This document shows, piece after piece, positions 18,222 to 28,262 of a stretch of DNA of 64,000 bases. The DNA is from a virus. The translations under genes were made by a program, and so were the position numbers. The stretch spans positions 64,001-128,000 of IMG/VR virus record IMGVR_UViG_3300043411_001639; one strand, 5' to 3'. Within the stretch, counting starts at the first letter, position 1. Each line of letters opens with the position of its first letter. Under the pieces are notes generated by a model, which worked only from the letters and a program-made list of their open reading frames with translations, did no database searches and was not told where the DNA came from.

Positions 18222-19151
18222 ATGACAAAACCTAAAGTAATCATATGGGGACACCAGTTATCCGAAGGACACACCCATAGTTTTATACACAATGCTTTTT
18301 ATAGAGCATTTAGCCATCTTGGTTATCAAACTAGTTGGCTTGATAACAACAACTATCAACAGTATAACTTCTCAGACAATGAAAACTATCTGTTCTTAAC
18401 AGAAGGACAGACAGATCAAAACATTCCTATTCTAAAGAATGCTAAGTATGTTTTACACAACTGCAACCTCAACAAGTACCAATCCATATTCCCCAACACC
18501 CTTAATATCCAAGTTTATACAAAACGTGCAAGAGATAATCAAGAACAAAGAAAACTAGTCTATCTTGATAAACCTTGCCACTGGTATCAACCAAATCCTG
18601 TTTTAGATGATCCTCAACATGGGATAGATAATAGAACTTTGTATTTTATTTGGGGAACTAATTTATTACCAAATGAGTTTCCTGAACCTATGTTAGATTT
18701 TACTGGTGTGTCTGATACTGTTTATTGGGTTGGTAGTATCTGTGGTGGTTATCATGGAAATGATGTTGAATTAAATAAATTCATACAAGGTTGTACTGAG
18801 CATAATATTAAATTTCAACACCTTAAGATTCCAGAGGGTAAACCAACTATCAAAGCTATCAGAACTTCTTATGTAGCTCCTGCGTTGCAAGGTAACTGGC
18901 AAGTTGAGAATGAATACATTCCCTGTCGCGTGTTCAAAAACATATCCTATGGTAGAATTCCAGCTACTAACAACCTAGCAGTTGCAAAACTGTTCAGTGA
19001 CCAGATTCCCTATGTTAAAGACTGTGAAAACATCTGTGAAGTAAACTGGAACCAGGAGAGGAAACTAAACAACATCAAAGATCTACAAGAACAAGTAAGA
19101 CAAAACCACACTTATATCAACAGAATTAACTCAATCATGGAAGTGCTATGA
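18222..19151 (+). CDS. Putative glycosyltransferase (GT-B, CgeB-like C-terminus)
   Basis: HTHSFIH, WVGSI, YIPCRVFKNISYG, VRQNHTYINRI. Confidence 0.6.
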   Translation: MTKPKVIIWGHQLSEGHTHSFIHNAFYRAFSHLGYQTSWLDNNNYQQYNFSDNENYLFLTEGQTDQNIPILKNAKYVLHNCNLNKYQSIFPNTLNIQVYTKRARDNQEQRKLVYLDKPCHWYQPNPVLDDPQHGIDNRTLYFIWGTNLLPNEFPEPMLDFTGVSDTVYWVGSICGGYHGNDVELNKFIQGCTEHNIKFQHLKIPEGKPTIKAIRTSYVAPALQGNWQVENEYIPCRVFKNISYGRIPATNNLAVAKLFSDQIPYVKDCENICEVNWNQERKLNNIKDLQEQVRQNHTYINRINSIMEVL

Positions 19152-19408
19152 ACAGTAATAAAATCATATCCAATAAAAAACTAACCAATAAAATTCTAAA
19201 ACCACTATATCAACCTGGTAAAGGAATTAATTCCGGTTGTTTGATTGACAGTTTTCTTAACATTGAAACAGGTGAAGAATATAAATCAACTAATAACAAC
19301 AGTAAAACAGGTGTAAAATACAAAAAAGTCCCAAAAGAAAATAGTGCTGACTACACCTATGATATTAAAACTAGAACATTTACCTACTGGAAGGAACAAG
19401 AGAAATGA
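19148..19408 (+). CDS. Small basic hypothetical protein (TGxKF/YK family)
   Basis: ATGA-coupled; KTGVKYKK motif. Confidence 0.6.
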   Translation: MNSNKIISNKKLTNKILKPLYQPGKGINSGCLIDSFLNIETGEEYKSTNNNSKTGVKYKKVPKENSADYTYDIKTRTFTYWKEQEK

Positions 19409-19719
19409 AACCAAACTACGCAAAAGAAGCAGTAGCATCAACCCCTCAATTTATACTCAGCAAACCTAAACCAATAATAATTGGAAAACACAAATATTCC
19501 GGTGTTTGGTTTGATCACATCACTAAAAAAGAATTTGGTATAAAGATTGGATCAAACGTACAAACAGAGACAGGAAGAAAGTTTAAATGTGTTGAAACTA
19601 GAATGGTTTCACAACATGAACTTGTTGATTGTTCTAAATATAAAAACAAAAAAATCTATGTCAGTTATCCTGACAGTACCGAGAAGTGTAAAGCAGAAAT
19701 CTGGATGTTAGTAGAGTGA
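19405..19719 (+). CDS. Small basic hypothetical protein (TGxKF/YK family)
   Basis: ATGA-coupled; ETGRKFKC motif. Confidence 0.6.
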   Translation: MKPNYAKEAVASTPQFILSKPKPIIIGKHKYSGVWFDHITKKEFGIKIGSNVQTETGRKFKCVETRMVSQHELVDCSKYKNKKIYVSYPDSTEKCKAEIWMLVE

Positions 19720-19985
19720 CTATGAACCAGGAAACAAAAAAATATCTTGGAGAGAAACTCAGTCAAGCTAAGATAACATGTGATATCGTTACATTAACTA
19801 TTAAAATAAACGGTAAAACAACTATTTTAGATCAAGATGGTACAGCCTATGAAGTGTTCTTCTGTACACACCAAAAATTATCTAATTTTTCTGGGTTGTT
19901 AATAAAACTTGGGATTCTAATTCCTTTTGAATCTAAAACAAAAGGCAAAGGCCACGCAATATTAAGGAAAATTAATGAACAGTAA
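19716..19985 (+). CDS. Small basic hypothetical protein, paralogue of 19975
   Basis: MNQETKKYL...DQDGTAYEV; overlaps both neighbours. Confidence 0.6.
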   Translation: MTMNQETKKYLGEKLSQAKITCDIVTLTIKINGKTTILDQDGTAYEVFFCTHQKLSNFSGLLIKLGILIPFESKTKGKGHAILRKINEQ

Positions 19986-20244
19986 AACCAAAGAGTATCT
20001 AATAGACAAATTTAAACAAGGTACAGTAACCTGGGATAACGGAATTTTTAAGTTAAATAAAAAAGACAAGGTTGCTGATGAACAAGGAAAACTCTATCAG
20101 ATTATGTGTTCTTACAGATATCAAGAACCTTATAAACAGTTTGGAACAACAATATCAAAGTTTGAAAAACTTGATTACAACCACATAAAATATAGAATAA
20201 ACAAACTTTGTTGCTCAGTGTTTCTAAGAGAAATTAAACCATGA
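19975..20244 (+). CDS. Small basic hypothetical protein, paralogue of 19716
   Basis: MNSKTKEYL...DEQGKLYQI. Confidence 0.6.
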   Translation: MNSKTKEYLIDKFKQGTVTWDNGIFKLNKKDKVADEQGKLYQIMCSYRYQEPYKQFGTTISKFEKLDYNHIKYRINKLCCSVFLREIKP

Positions 20245-20564
20245 AAACTGCTATCAACTTAGAAAATTACTATCTTACAATAGTAACAAACCTTGAAAAA
20301 CATAACAAAAAGAGAGAACTACAACTAGGAGGATTACCATTCTATAACTGTCTTGATAAACAAGGATATGAATGGGAAGTTGTTATGACCGCAACAGGTG
20401 CTATTACTAGAGTGTTTAAAACAGGTAAGAAGTTTAAGAGACAACAAGTTATAGAAAGATTTAGTTGGAAGAAGATGAAAAATCAATATGTGACAGGTGA
20501 AAACACTGGTGGTGAAACAGGTTTAATTAAAAAATTTATCATATGGAAAGAGGTTAAATCATGA
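20241..20564 (+). CDS. Small basic hypothetical protein (TGxKF/YK family)
   Basis: DKQGYEWEV and KTGKKFKR motifs; ATGA-coupled. Confidence 0.6.
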   Translation: MKTAINLENYYLTIVTNLEKHNKKRELQLGGLPFYNCLDKQGYEWEVVMTATGAITRVFKTGKKFKRQQVIERFSWKKMKNQYVTGENTGGETGLIKKFIIWKEVKS

Positions 20565-21286
20565 AAGAACAGTTTCAACAACTCAAACTAAATCTAGAAC
20601 CATTTGGTTATTTCAAACCAACAGATCCTGTTTTAAATGGATTAAGAAGGGGTAACTGGGGAAGTAGGGAATTTGAATACATGTGGGCATCCAAGATAGT
20701 TTCTGTTAAAGACAAGGATGTTTTAGATCTTGGTACTGGAATGCCTAGTGATCATAACTGGCATCAGTTTGTCAGAGAGTATCTTGAACCAACCTCATAT
20801 GTTGGAATTGATATCAATGAACGTATGAAACAAGAAGAGATCAATGAACCAAGCCATAAGATGTTGTGGATGGACATGACGGATCTTAAGTTTCCAGATC
20901 AAACATTTGATGTTGTTTATTCATTGTCAACCTATGAACATATTCCAGTAGCAGAACAGTTCTTCAAAGCTATGGAAGAAACACACAGGGTTATGAAACC
21001 AGGAGGAATCTTAGTGGTAACTCTTGATGAAATATGGAACACTCTACTAAAACCAGAACAGTGTATTTGTTCAACCTGGAATGATCTTGAAAGAGATTTA
21101 GTAAAGAAAAATTGTGTTGATACTATTAAAGGTGTTAGTTTTGGAATAGAAGACTTTACAGACCTAGTAAAACAATGGTTTAAACCTGTCACAGAACCAC
21201 CTGTTAAACAAAACGCGCAACAAGGACTCTTGTATTCCAGAGAGTATAACAGTGTTGTATCACACGGAGTATATCAAAAAATATGA
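20561..21286 (+). CDS. Class I SAM-dependent methyltransferase
   Basis: REFEYMW, VLDLGTG, VGID, DMTDLKFPDQTFDVV, EH, RVMKPGG. Confidence 0.88.
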   Translation: MKEQFQQLKLNLEPFGYFKPTDPVLNGLRRGNWGSREFEYMWASKIVSVKDKDVLDLGTGMPSDHNWHQFVREYLEPTSYVGIDINERMKQEEINEPSHKMLWMDMTDLKFPDQTFDVVYSLSTYEHIPVAEQFFKAMEETHRVMKPGGILVVTLDEIWNTLLKPEQCICSTWNDLERDLVKKNCVDTIKGVSFGIEDFTDLVKQWFKPVTEPPVKQNAQQGLLYSREYNSVVSHGVYQKI

Positions 21287-21606
21287 AAACACAAACTAAT
21301 TTAACTCATTATTATTGTTATGAAAAATTTAATTTCAATTCTAAAAAAGATTGTTTAGTATTAGATCTTAGTGCAATTAAAACAAATCCGAAAATTGGTT
21401 TTATTGTTAGGGAAAAAACAAATAATTTAGGTAAAACTAACAGCTATACTGGAAGGAAATTTAAATTGATTAAAATACAAAAACAACGATTTGAAGTTCA
21501 AGATTTTGTTAAATATAAAAATTGTTATGTTAGATGCTACTGTTGTTATAGCAGCGAAATTGTTCATAGAGAATTATGGGTATTGGTAAATGAAGATAAT
21601 AAATGA
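21283..21606 (+). CDS. Small basic hypothetical protein (TGxKF/YK family)
   Basis: YTGRKFKL motif; KYKN and LWVLV shared with ORF 19405 (KYKN, IWMLV). Confidence 0.6.
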   Translation: MKTQTNLTHYYCYEKFNFNSKKDCLVLDLSAIKTNPKIGFIVREKTNNLGKTNSYTGRKFKLIKIQKQRFEVQDFVKYKNCYVRCYCCYSSEIVHRELWVLVNEDNK

Positions 21607-21763
21607 ATTAATTGTTGAAGATACGTTTGAAGAAACATTAAAGTTAATAGTTGAAAACCATTCAAGTAAAGAATTTATTTACTTAACTCTTAATGGTAAA
21701 ACAGTTATAGTAAATGCTCAGTTATTAACTAAGGCAATTGAGAATGCGGTAAATCATGCCTGA
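21590..21763 (+). CDS. Hypothetical protein (57 aa; not in ORF track)
   Basis: MKIINELIVEDTFEETLKLIVENHSSKEFIYLTLNGKTVIVNAQLLTKAIENAVNHA; overlaps both neighbours and fills the gap. Confidence 0.6.
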   Translation: MKIINELIVEDTFEETLKLIVENHSSKEFIYLTLNGKTVIVNAQLLTKAIENAVNHA

Positions 21764-22523
21764 TGAAAACCTATTAGATTATAGAAACACTGTGTTTAGT
21801 TCAAAACTAGGTGAAGATGGTATCATTGAAAACATATTCTCTAGGTTTGATATTCATCAGTGTCTTACGAGAATGAATGTTTTAGATTCAAAACTTTCTC
21901 CTAGAACTCTTATTGATATAGGAGCACATGATGGAGTATTTATATCAAATGTAAGAAACCTGATTATTAATCATAGCTGGACAGGTATATTAGTTGAAGG
22001 TGATCCAACAAAAGCAGATAAATGTAGACAATCATTTGAAGGTTACCTTGGTGTTGAAACTAGATGTTGTTACGTTGGTTTCAGAGAAAGAGAAAACAAC
22101 TATGAACAACTGTTTGGAAACTATTCACCAGTAAGTTTCTTGTCAATTGATGTTGATGGTATTGACTATGAGATATTTGAATCAATTCCAGACCACCTAA
22201 AACCTTCTGTTGTCTGTGTTGAAGTATCAGCAGGTATAAATCCTTCTGATCACACAAGACTTCCTTATAGTATTTCAAAAGATAATCTTGGACAAGGTTT
22301 AGGAGTTATGACTGACTTAGCTAATGCTAAGGGCTATGAACTTCTTTGTTATACAGGTAATGCCTTTTATGTTCTACGTGAGCACATGCATATGTTTAAC
22401 ATCAGAGACAACTCACCTGAAACCATGTATTCAAACTTCTGGAAGATTCAAACTATGTCAGACAAACAATATCTTATGGGTTGGTGTAAACAAAACGGTT
22501 ATTACAACCCATTAATGATATGA
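21756..22523 (+). CDS. FkbM-family methyltransferase
   Basis: GEDGII, IDIGAHDG..SN, GILVEGD, LSIDVDGIDY. Confidence 0.8.
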   Translation: MPDENLLDYRNTVFSSKLGEDGIIENIFSRFDIHQCLTRMNVLDSKLSPRTLIDIGAHDGVFISNVRNLIINHSWTGILVEGDPTKADKCRQSFEGYLGVETRCCYVGFRERENNYEQLFGNYSPVSFLSIDVDGIDYEIFESIPDHLKPSVVCVEVSAGINPSDHTRLPYSISKDNLGQGLGVMTDLANAKGYELLCYTGNAFYVLREHMHMFNIRDNSPETMYSNFWKIQTMSDKQYLMGWCKQNGYYNPLMI

Positions 22524-22526
22524 TAT

Positions 22527-23903
22527 ATGCTCAAGAAGAAAATTTTAATGTTGTGCGATCATCCCTTGCATCCAAGTGGAGTAGGGATTCAATCAAAACT
22601 ATTAATTGACGGTTTAATAGCTACAGGTAAATATAGTTTCAGAGTTCTTGGTGGTGCCATCAAGCATGGAGACTATAACACAATCAAAGTAAATGAAGAC
22701 TTCTATGTAAAACCAGTTGATGGTTTTGGTAACAAACAGATGATTCATCAACTTCTCCTAACAGAACAACCAGATGCTATTCTAATCTTTACAGATCCAA
22801 GACAGTTTGTTTGGTTATGGGAGATGGAAGATGAAATAAAACAAATCTGTCCAATCCTATACTGGCACGTATGGGACAATGATCCATATCCAGCTTTTAA
22901 TACAGTGTGGTATGACAGTACAGAACTAATCAACTGTTTGTCTTATAAAACTTATAGTCTACTAAAACAGAACTACAAAGGCTCTGAAAAAGTAAATTAT
23001 GTTCCACATGCTTTCCCAAAAACTATGTTTTTCCCAATAGCGGAAACAACAGTCAACCAATATAAACGTAATCATTTTCAAGAAAAACATGACTGGTTTA
23101 AAGTTCTATGGGTAGCACGTAATGCTACAAGAAAATGTCCTTCAGATGTTATGTTAGCATGGAAGATATTCCTTGATCAACTTCAACAGCAACACGGTCA
23201 TAAAAATGCTGTGTTAGTTATGCATACAGATCCAACCGATATGGAAGGACCAAATCTGTTTGAAGTATCAGAACTACTAGGCTTAAAAGACAATGTTTGG
23301 TTTAGTCCAGCAAGAGTAGGGCATGAAGAAATGAACATTCTCTACAACATGTGTGATGTTGTAGTATCTTTAGCTAGAGAAGAAGGTTTTGGACTTCCTT
23401 TATTACAGGCTCTACAAGTAGGAAAACTAGTTGTTGCTCTTAAAACTGGAGGAATGACAAGACAAGTAGTAGATCATAGAACAGGGGTTGAATATGGGGT
23501 TGCCCTAGAACCTGTTGAAAGAAACTTGATAGGTAGTCAAGCTGTTCCATATATCTTCAGTGATATTGGATCAAAACAACAAACCGCTGATGGTTTATTA
23601 AAAATCTATAACATGCCAGTTAGTGAGAGACAACAACTAGGACAACTTGCGAGAGAGTATGTTGATGTTGAATTCAACTATGATAACATGATATCAACTT
23701 GGGATAAAACTATAGAATCAACTCTAGACAATTGGGCATATAACAAACCTGTTCAGTGGGAACTACAAGAAATAGGAATAGTAAATCATATTTTAGATGT
23801 ACAACATCAACTTCCACCTCAACAACAAGCTGCTACTTCAACACCTATTACTTCAAACACAGTTCAGAAACTAAAAATTAATCAACCAAGAGGTATCAAA
23901 TGA
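22527..23903 (+). CDS. Glycosyltransferase family 4 (GT-B)
   Basis: DHPLHPSGVG, VARNATRK, YNMCDVVV, EEGFGL. Confidence 0.88.
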   Translation: MLKKKILMLCDHPLHPSGVGIQSKLLIDGLIATGKYSFRVLGGAIKHGDYNTIKVNEDFYVKPVDGFGNKQMIHQLLLTEQPDAILIFTDPRQFVWLWEMEDEIKQICPILYWHVWDNDPYPAFNTVWYDSTELINCLSYKTYSLLKQNYKGSEKVNYVPHAFPKTMFFPIAETTVNQYKRNHFQEKHDWFKVLWVARNATRKCPSDVMLAWKIFLDQLQQQHGHKNAVLVMHTDPTDMEGPNLFEVSELLGLKDNVWFSPARVGHEEMNILYNMCDVVVSLAREEGFGLPLLQALQVGKLVVALKTGGMTRQVVDHRTGVEYGVALEPVERNLIGSQAVPYIFSDIGSKQQTADGLLKIYNMPVSERQQLGQLAREYVDVEFNYDNMISTWDKTIESTLDNWAYNKPVQWELQEIGIVNHILDVQHQLPPQQQAATSTPITSNTVQKLKINQPRGIK

Positions 23904-25120
23904 CAACCAAGAAAACAGTTTTATTAAAAGGTCCATTGTTAACAAAGAGTGGATACGGAGTTCATGCAAGACAGATAGCTAGTTGGTTGCTTGGTCATCA
24001 AGATAGTTTTGATATTACAACTCAGATACTTCCTTGGGGAACAACTCCTTGGATTCTTGATCCCAATGAACAAATAGGACTCACAGGTTTTTGTGTTGGT
24101 CAACTAATTCAAGCAGCAAATAACAAGAAACAGTTCTATGATATTTCAATCCAGATACAACTCCCTAATGAATGGGAACCATTCGCTGCTGGATATAATG
24201 TTGGAGTAACTGCTGGAGTTGAAACAACAACCTGTAACCCTGCCTGGATTACTAAAATTAACCAAATGGATCTTGTTATAGTTCCTTCGGAATTTACCAA
24301 ACAAACATTTCTTGATACAGGGAAAGTAACAACTCCTATCCACGTAATAGGAGAATCCTATCCAGATTGTTTTGACGTTGAATGTTATAAAACAAAACTT
24401 GGATATAAACTAGATGAACTTGAAACAGATTTTAATTTTCTAGCAGTAGGGCTACTAACTGGAAACAATCCTGAAAATGATAGAAAAAACATTCAATATC
24501 TTTTGAAATGGTTCTCAGAAACATTTAAAGGAGTGAGTTCCAAGGTGGGATTAATAGTTAAAACTTCTGCTGGAAGACTAACTCACCTTGATAGAACCAT
24601 GGTACATAATGTCTTGAATAAAACTCTGATTGAAAACAAGCTGGTAGAACCAGGAGTAGTTGGACCTAAGTTTTACTTTCTTCACGGAGATCTAACTGAT
24701 CTAGAGATGAAAGAACTTTATTCTCATTATAAAGTAAAAGCACTTATCAACTGTTCAAAAGGTGAAGGTTTTGGTTTGCCTGTTCTTGAAGCAGCAGCTT
24801 CAAGACTTCCAGTATTAGCAACAAACTGGAGTGGTTATCTTGATTTTCTTAACAAAGGAAAGTTTATTAAGTTTGATTATAAACTTGATGGTATTCATCC
24901 TTCAAGAATTGATGGTGAGATATTTGTTGAAGGAGCTAAGTGGGCCAATCCAATTGATGAAGATGTAAAGAAAAAACTTTTGAAGTTCTATAATCAACCT
25001 GAGATTCCTCAACAATGGGCTAAAGAACTTCAAAAAACTATTCAATCCGAATACTCATCAAAAGCTGTTAGAAAACTCTATGACAATCTTTTATTAGACT
25101 TGTTTAACGGAGTAAATTAA
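23900..25120 (+). CDS. Glycosyltransferase family 4 (GT-B)
   Basis: SGYGVHAR, VPSEF, DRKN, GEGFGLPVLEAAASRLPVLATNWSG. Confidence 0.88.
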   Translation: MTTKKTVLLKGPLLTKSGYGVHARQIASWLLGHQDSFDITTQILPWGTTPWILDPNEQIGLTGFCVGQLIQAANNKKQFYDISIQIQLPNEWEPFAAGYNVGVTAGVETTTCNPAWITKINQMDLVIVPSEFTKQTFLDTGKVTTPIHVIGESYPDCFDVECYKTKLGYKLDELETDFNFLAVGLLTGNNPENDRKNIQYLLKWFSETFKGVSSKVGLIVKTSAGRLTHLDRTMVHNVLNKTLIENKLVEPGVVGPKFYFLHGDLTDLEMKELYSHYKVKALINCSKGEGFGLPVLEAAASRLPVLATNWSGYLDFLNKGKFIKFDYKLDGIHPSRIDGEIFVEGAKWANPIDEDVKKKLLKFYNQPEIPQQWAKELQKTIQSEYSSKAVRKLYDNLLLDLFNGVN

Positions 25121-25122
25121 CC

Positions 25123-25449
25123 ATGTTAGGTTGGTCATTGTTTGTAGTTGTTCTTGGTTTGTTGATTGCTTCACTCATCTATCTCTATAGATTTTCTATG
25201 ATTATTCTTGAACAAGAGAGGATCTATGAGAGCGCAATAAAAGCTTTGGATGAACTAGAAAATAAATTCAGTGAGTTTGAATCAATGCCTGTCTATTTTG
25301 ATAATCCTAGTTCAAGAGAGATGTTCCTTGAATTTAAAAACAACATATTATTATCAAGGAATAAAATCTTAGAATTGATAGACCGTCTATTACTTTTCAG
25401 TAAGAAAAAATATATCATAATAGAAGAGACAGAAGAAAACGAAACATGA
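25123..25449 (+). CDS. Hypothetical membrane-anchored protein
   Basis: N-terminal hydrophobic helix followed by an acidic helical region. Confidence 0.55.
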   Translation: MLGWSLFVVVLGLLIASLIYLYRFSMIILEQERIYESAIKALDELENKFSEFESMPVYFDNPSSREMFLEFKNNILLSRNKILELIDRLLLFSKKKYIIIEETEENET

Positions 25450-26243
25450 AAAAAGATTTTGATGAATCAGAAATTAACCCTAACAACATAGAAGAAACTA
25501 TTCTAAGTTTCACAGGCAAAAAAAGAATGGTTCCAAGAAAGAAGATTGTTAGGAGAAATCCATCAGATACTTCCCCTAAGAAAAACTATTTTGATGAAAC
25601 CACACAGGACGCAATTGTAAGATTCCAGAAAGAATCTTCAATCCCTATCAAAAATCTCATCTATGAAAAAGAGATATCTCCAGCTTTTAATACACTTGTT
25701 GAAAATCTGATCAATGTTTACAAGTTTCAAGTAACCCAAGAAGATAAAACAGAACTAAGAAAAGAAGTAGTACATTTTTTATTTACTGTTTTACAAAAAT
25801 TTGATGCTGACAAAGGCTCAAAAGCTTTTTCGTATTTTAACGTTGTTGCTATGAACAAACTTACAATTCTATCAAAACAGAGTTCTAAGAACAATCAAAC
25901 ATTTGTTTCAATTGACAATAGAGAAGCTCTTAATTTGCATGAACAAGAAATGATTGAGATGCCCCCGGAAAACCTGTTTACTCCAGAAGAGTATAGAGAG
26001 AACATCCTGAAAATCTTAACAGAGTTGAAAACCAGAACTAAAAACGCTAATGAAACTGTATGTATTGAAGCTATATTTACTCTGATTGAAAACATTGAAA
26101 AAGTTGAGATTGTAAACAAAAGAGCAGTTCTTGCTTATCTCAGAGACATTACAGGATTTAAACCCAAACAACTTTCAGTCTATATGAGTCAATTAAAAAA
26201 GAACTACAAACTTGTTAGAAAAGAAGGTCTATTTTTTCTATGA
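25446..26243 (+). CDS. Phage sigma factor, T4 gp55-like (late transcription)
   Basis: KNYF, LVENLI..YKF, LQKFDADKGSKAFSYF (sigma region 2-like). Confidence 0.65.
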   Translation: MKKDFDESEINPNNIEETILSFTGKKRMVPRKKIVRRNPSDTSPKKNYFDETTQDAIVRFQKESSIPIKNLIYEKEISPAFNTLVENLINVYKFQVTQEDKTELRKEVVHFLFTVLQKFDADKGSKAFSYFNVVAMNKLTILSKQSSKNNQTFVSIDNREALNLHEQEMIEMPPENLFTPEEYRENILKILTELKTRTKNANETVCIEAIFTLIENIEKVEIVNKRAVLAYLRDITGFKPKQLSVYMSQLKKNYKLVRKEGLFFL

Positions 26244-26695
26244 ACAATCTTGGTGACCTTGAACAACTAGATAAATTCCAACCTTTAACAAAACTAGCTC
26301 TTGAAACAGAAGTTGAAAAACAAACCAGAGAGTTTCAAGAACTTCTAGTTGAACTTTCAAACGTAGATATTAAACTAAAAGTTATCTGGACTCAAATATA
26401 TAACAATGCTCTGTTTGATAGAAAAAATGCTTATTTAGCATTCATAGACCTATATGCTAAGGTTCATGGTATTGAAGAAAAACATGCACTTCACGCTCAG
26501 AACGTTGTTAAATACCTAGAAAGAATGGAAAAATCTAACGAGCAACTAGTCAAGGTAGCAAAACTAATTCAAGAAGCTATTAGAGATAAACCCGAAGAAC
26601 CAGAAGAAAGCGAAAGTGGTTTTAAAGCCAACAAACCTTCTAATAATCCAAGAAATATATTTCAACAACTAAAACAAAAACAAAACAATGAGTAG
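26240..26695 (+). CDS. Hypothetical helical phage protein
   Basis: ATGA-coupled; KYLERMEKSNEQLVK; function not recognised. Confidence 0.5.
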   Translation: MNNLGDLEQLDKFQPLTKLALETEVEKQTREFQELLVELSNVDIKLKVIWTQIYNNALFDRKNAYLAFIDLYAKVHGIEEKHALHAQNVVKYLERMEKSNEQLVKVAKLIQEAIRDKPEEPEESESGFKANKPSNNPRNIFQQLKQKQNNE

Positions 26696-28253
26696 TAATG
26701 TTTCAAGAAGAATAATAGGGGGAGTAGGTTCAAACCATGTTGATACTCAACAAGGAATTAGAGATGGTAATGCTCCTAGTTTACACAATGTAGTTGTAGT
26801 AGATGTTATTTGTGATCCAGAAACTTACACAGAAGCAGAAAAAACAGACCTAAAACAAAAACTTAACAATCCAGAGTTTGTTGATCTAATGCCAGAAAAC
26901 AGCATAGTTGGGAGGGTGATCAACGATGGACATGACCTTACAAATTCAAAACCAAGTTTGTTCTATCCTTTTTTTAGTTCTCATTTTGCTTTACCTGTTA
27001 GACCTGGAGAACAAGTATCTGTAATCTATGATGATTTTCAACAACATGGTTTAAATCTTGGTAGATGGCTAACAAGAGTAAGAGAGAATGAGTTTGTTGA
27101 AGATCCAAACTATACTCATGGGGATAGAAAATATGATCCAGAGTTGTTAGCTCCTGGTCAAAGAACTAGTCAACAAGCAGCGGGACCTCCCTCTTCTCCT
27201 AATCCTCCAGGTTTTCCAAACGGAACAGGTGTTCAGGGAGGTTATACTCTTAGTCAAGAAGGAAATCAGAATCCCTATAATAAAATACTGGAGAGTTCTA
27301 GAATAAGAAATCTTGTTACTTTTGAGCCTGTTCCACGTTGGGTTAAAAGACCACAAGAGTTTGTTTTACAAGGCACGAATAACACTCTTCTGGTTTTAGG
27401 AGAAGATCGTACAGGACCAGCTATAAGAGTTTCAGGAAGTGAACAACAAGACAGAAATAGTTTTGCAGGAACTATAGATGTTGTTTGTGGAAGAGGAAGA
27501 AACAACTTGCCTTATTCAGAATCAACAGTTCCTTCTGGTAATGACACTGCCCCTGTTGTAGTAACAAACACTAGAAGAAAACTTGAAACAGACAAAACTC
27601 CTAGAAAGAGAAATAGATCAAGAAATCCCAAAGAAGGCCAACCGGATTTTACTAAAGATGCTGCCCGTATCTATGTTTCTATGAACACACTAGGAGACAG
27701 AAACTTTGGTTTAGTTAGAGATTTCTACCCGACCAACGTTCTAAAACCCGACCAACTTCCAGCTAACAACACTGGTATTGGAAATTCATATGTTATACAA
27801 AAAGCTGATAATATTAGGATAATAGGAAGAAAAGAAACTACTCCCACTATCAACGGTTCAATTTTGATTCTTAAAGAAGGAACTAAAGATGAAGACCTTA
27901 GTTATATTTTTCTTGACAGAACAGGCAAGATTCAATTAGAAGGATCAGAGATATTTCTTGGTCAGAGTACCGAAAAAACAGATCCTTATATTAAATTTTC
28001 TGTCTATAAAGAACATATCAGAGAGTTGAAAACTCAGATTAAAACATTGGCAGATCAAGTGCAAGCTATAACAATCGCTTATAATGCTGCTTTTCAACTT
28101 TCTATTGCTATTCCTTTAATTCCTATAGCTACACTTGTTGCAGTAGGTCCTACTGTTCAAACCCAAACAACAACAGTTGTAACAGCAGTCAAAACAGCGG
28201 TTGATACAATTAATGCTGATGATGCTAAAAGTGAAAAGATTTTTGGAGAATAA
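26688..28253 (+). CDS. Baseplate hub/central spike protein (gp5/VgrG-like OB-fold)
   Basis: LPVRPGEQVSVI, VLQGTNNTLLVLG, beta-repeat region; upstream of gp25/gp6-like genes. Confidence 0.55.
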   Translation: MSSNVSRRIIGGVGSNHVDTQQGIRDGNAPSLHNVVVVDVICDPETYTEAEKTDLKQKLNNPEFVDLMPENSIVGRVINDGHDLTNSKPSLFYPFFSSHFALPVRPGEQVSVIYDDFQQHGLNLGRWLTRVRENEFVEDPNYTHGDRKYDPELLAPGQRTSQQAAGPPSSPNPPGFPNGTGVQGGYTLSQEGNQNPYNKILESSRIRNLVTFEPVPRWVKRPQEFVLQGTNNTLLVLGEDRTGPAIRVSGSEQQDRNSFAGTIDVVCGRGRNNLPYSESTVPSGNDTAPVVVTNTRRKLETDKTPRKRNRSRNPKEGQPDFTKDAARIYVSMNTLGDRNFGLVRDFYPTNVLKPDQLPANNTGIGNSYVIQKADNIRIIGRKETTPTINGSILILKEGTKDEDLSYIFLDRTGKIQLEGSEIFLGQSTEKTDPYIKFSVYKEHIRELKTQIKTLADQVQAITIAYNAAFQLSIAIPLIPIATLVAVGPTVQTQTTTVVTAVKTAVDTINADDAKSEKIFGE

Positions 28254-28262
28254 TAAATACAA

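Noticed and set aside
26240-26695. Terminase small subunit
   Set aside because: Size and helicity fit, but there is no recognisable motif and it is far from terL; left as hypothetical.
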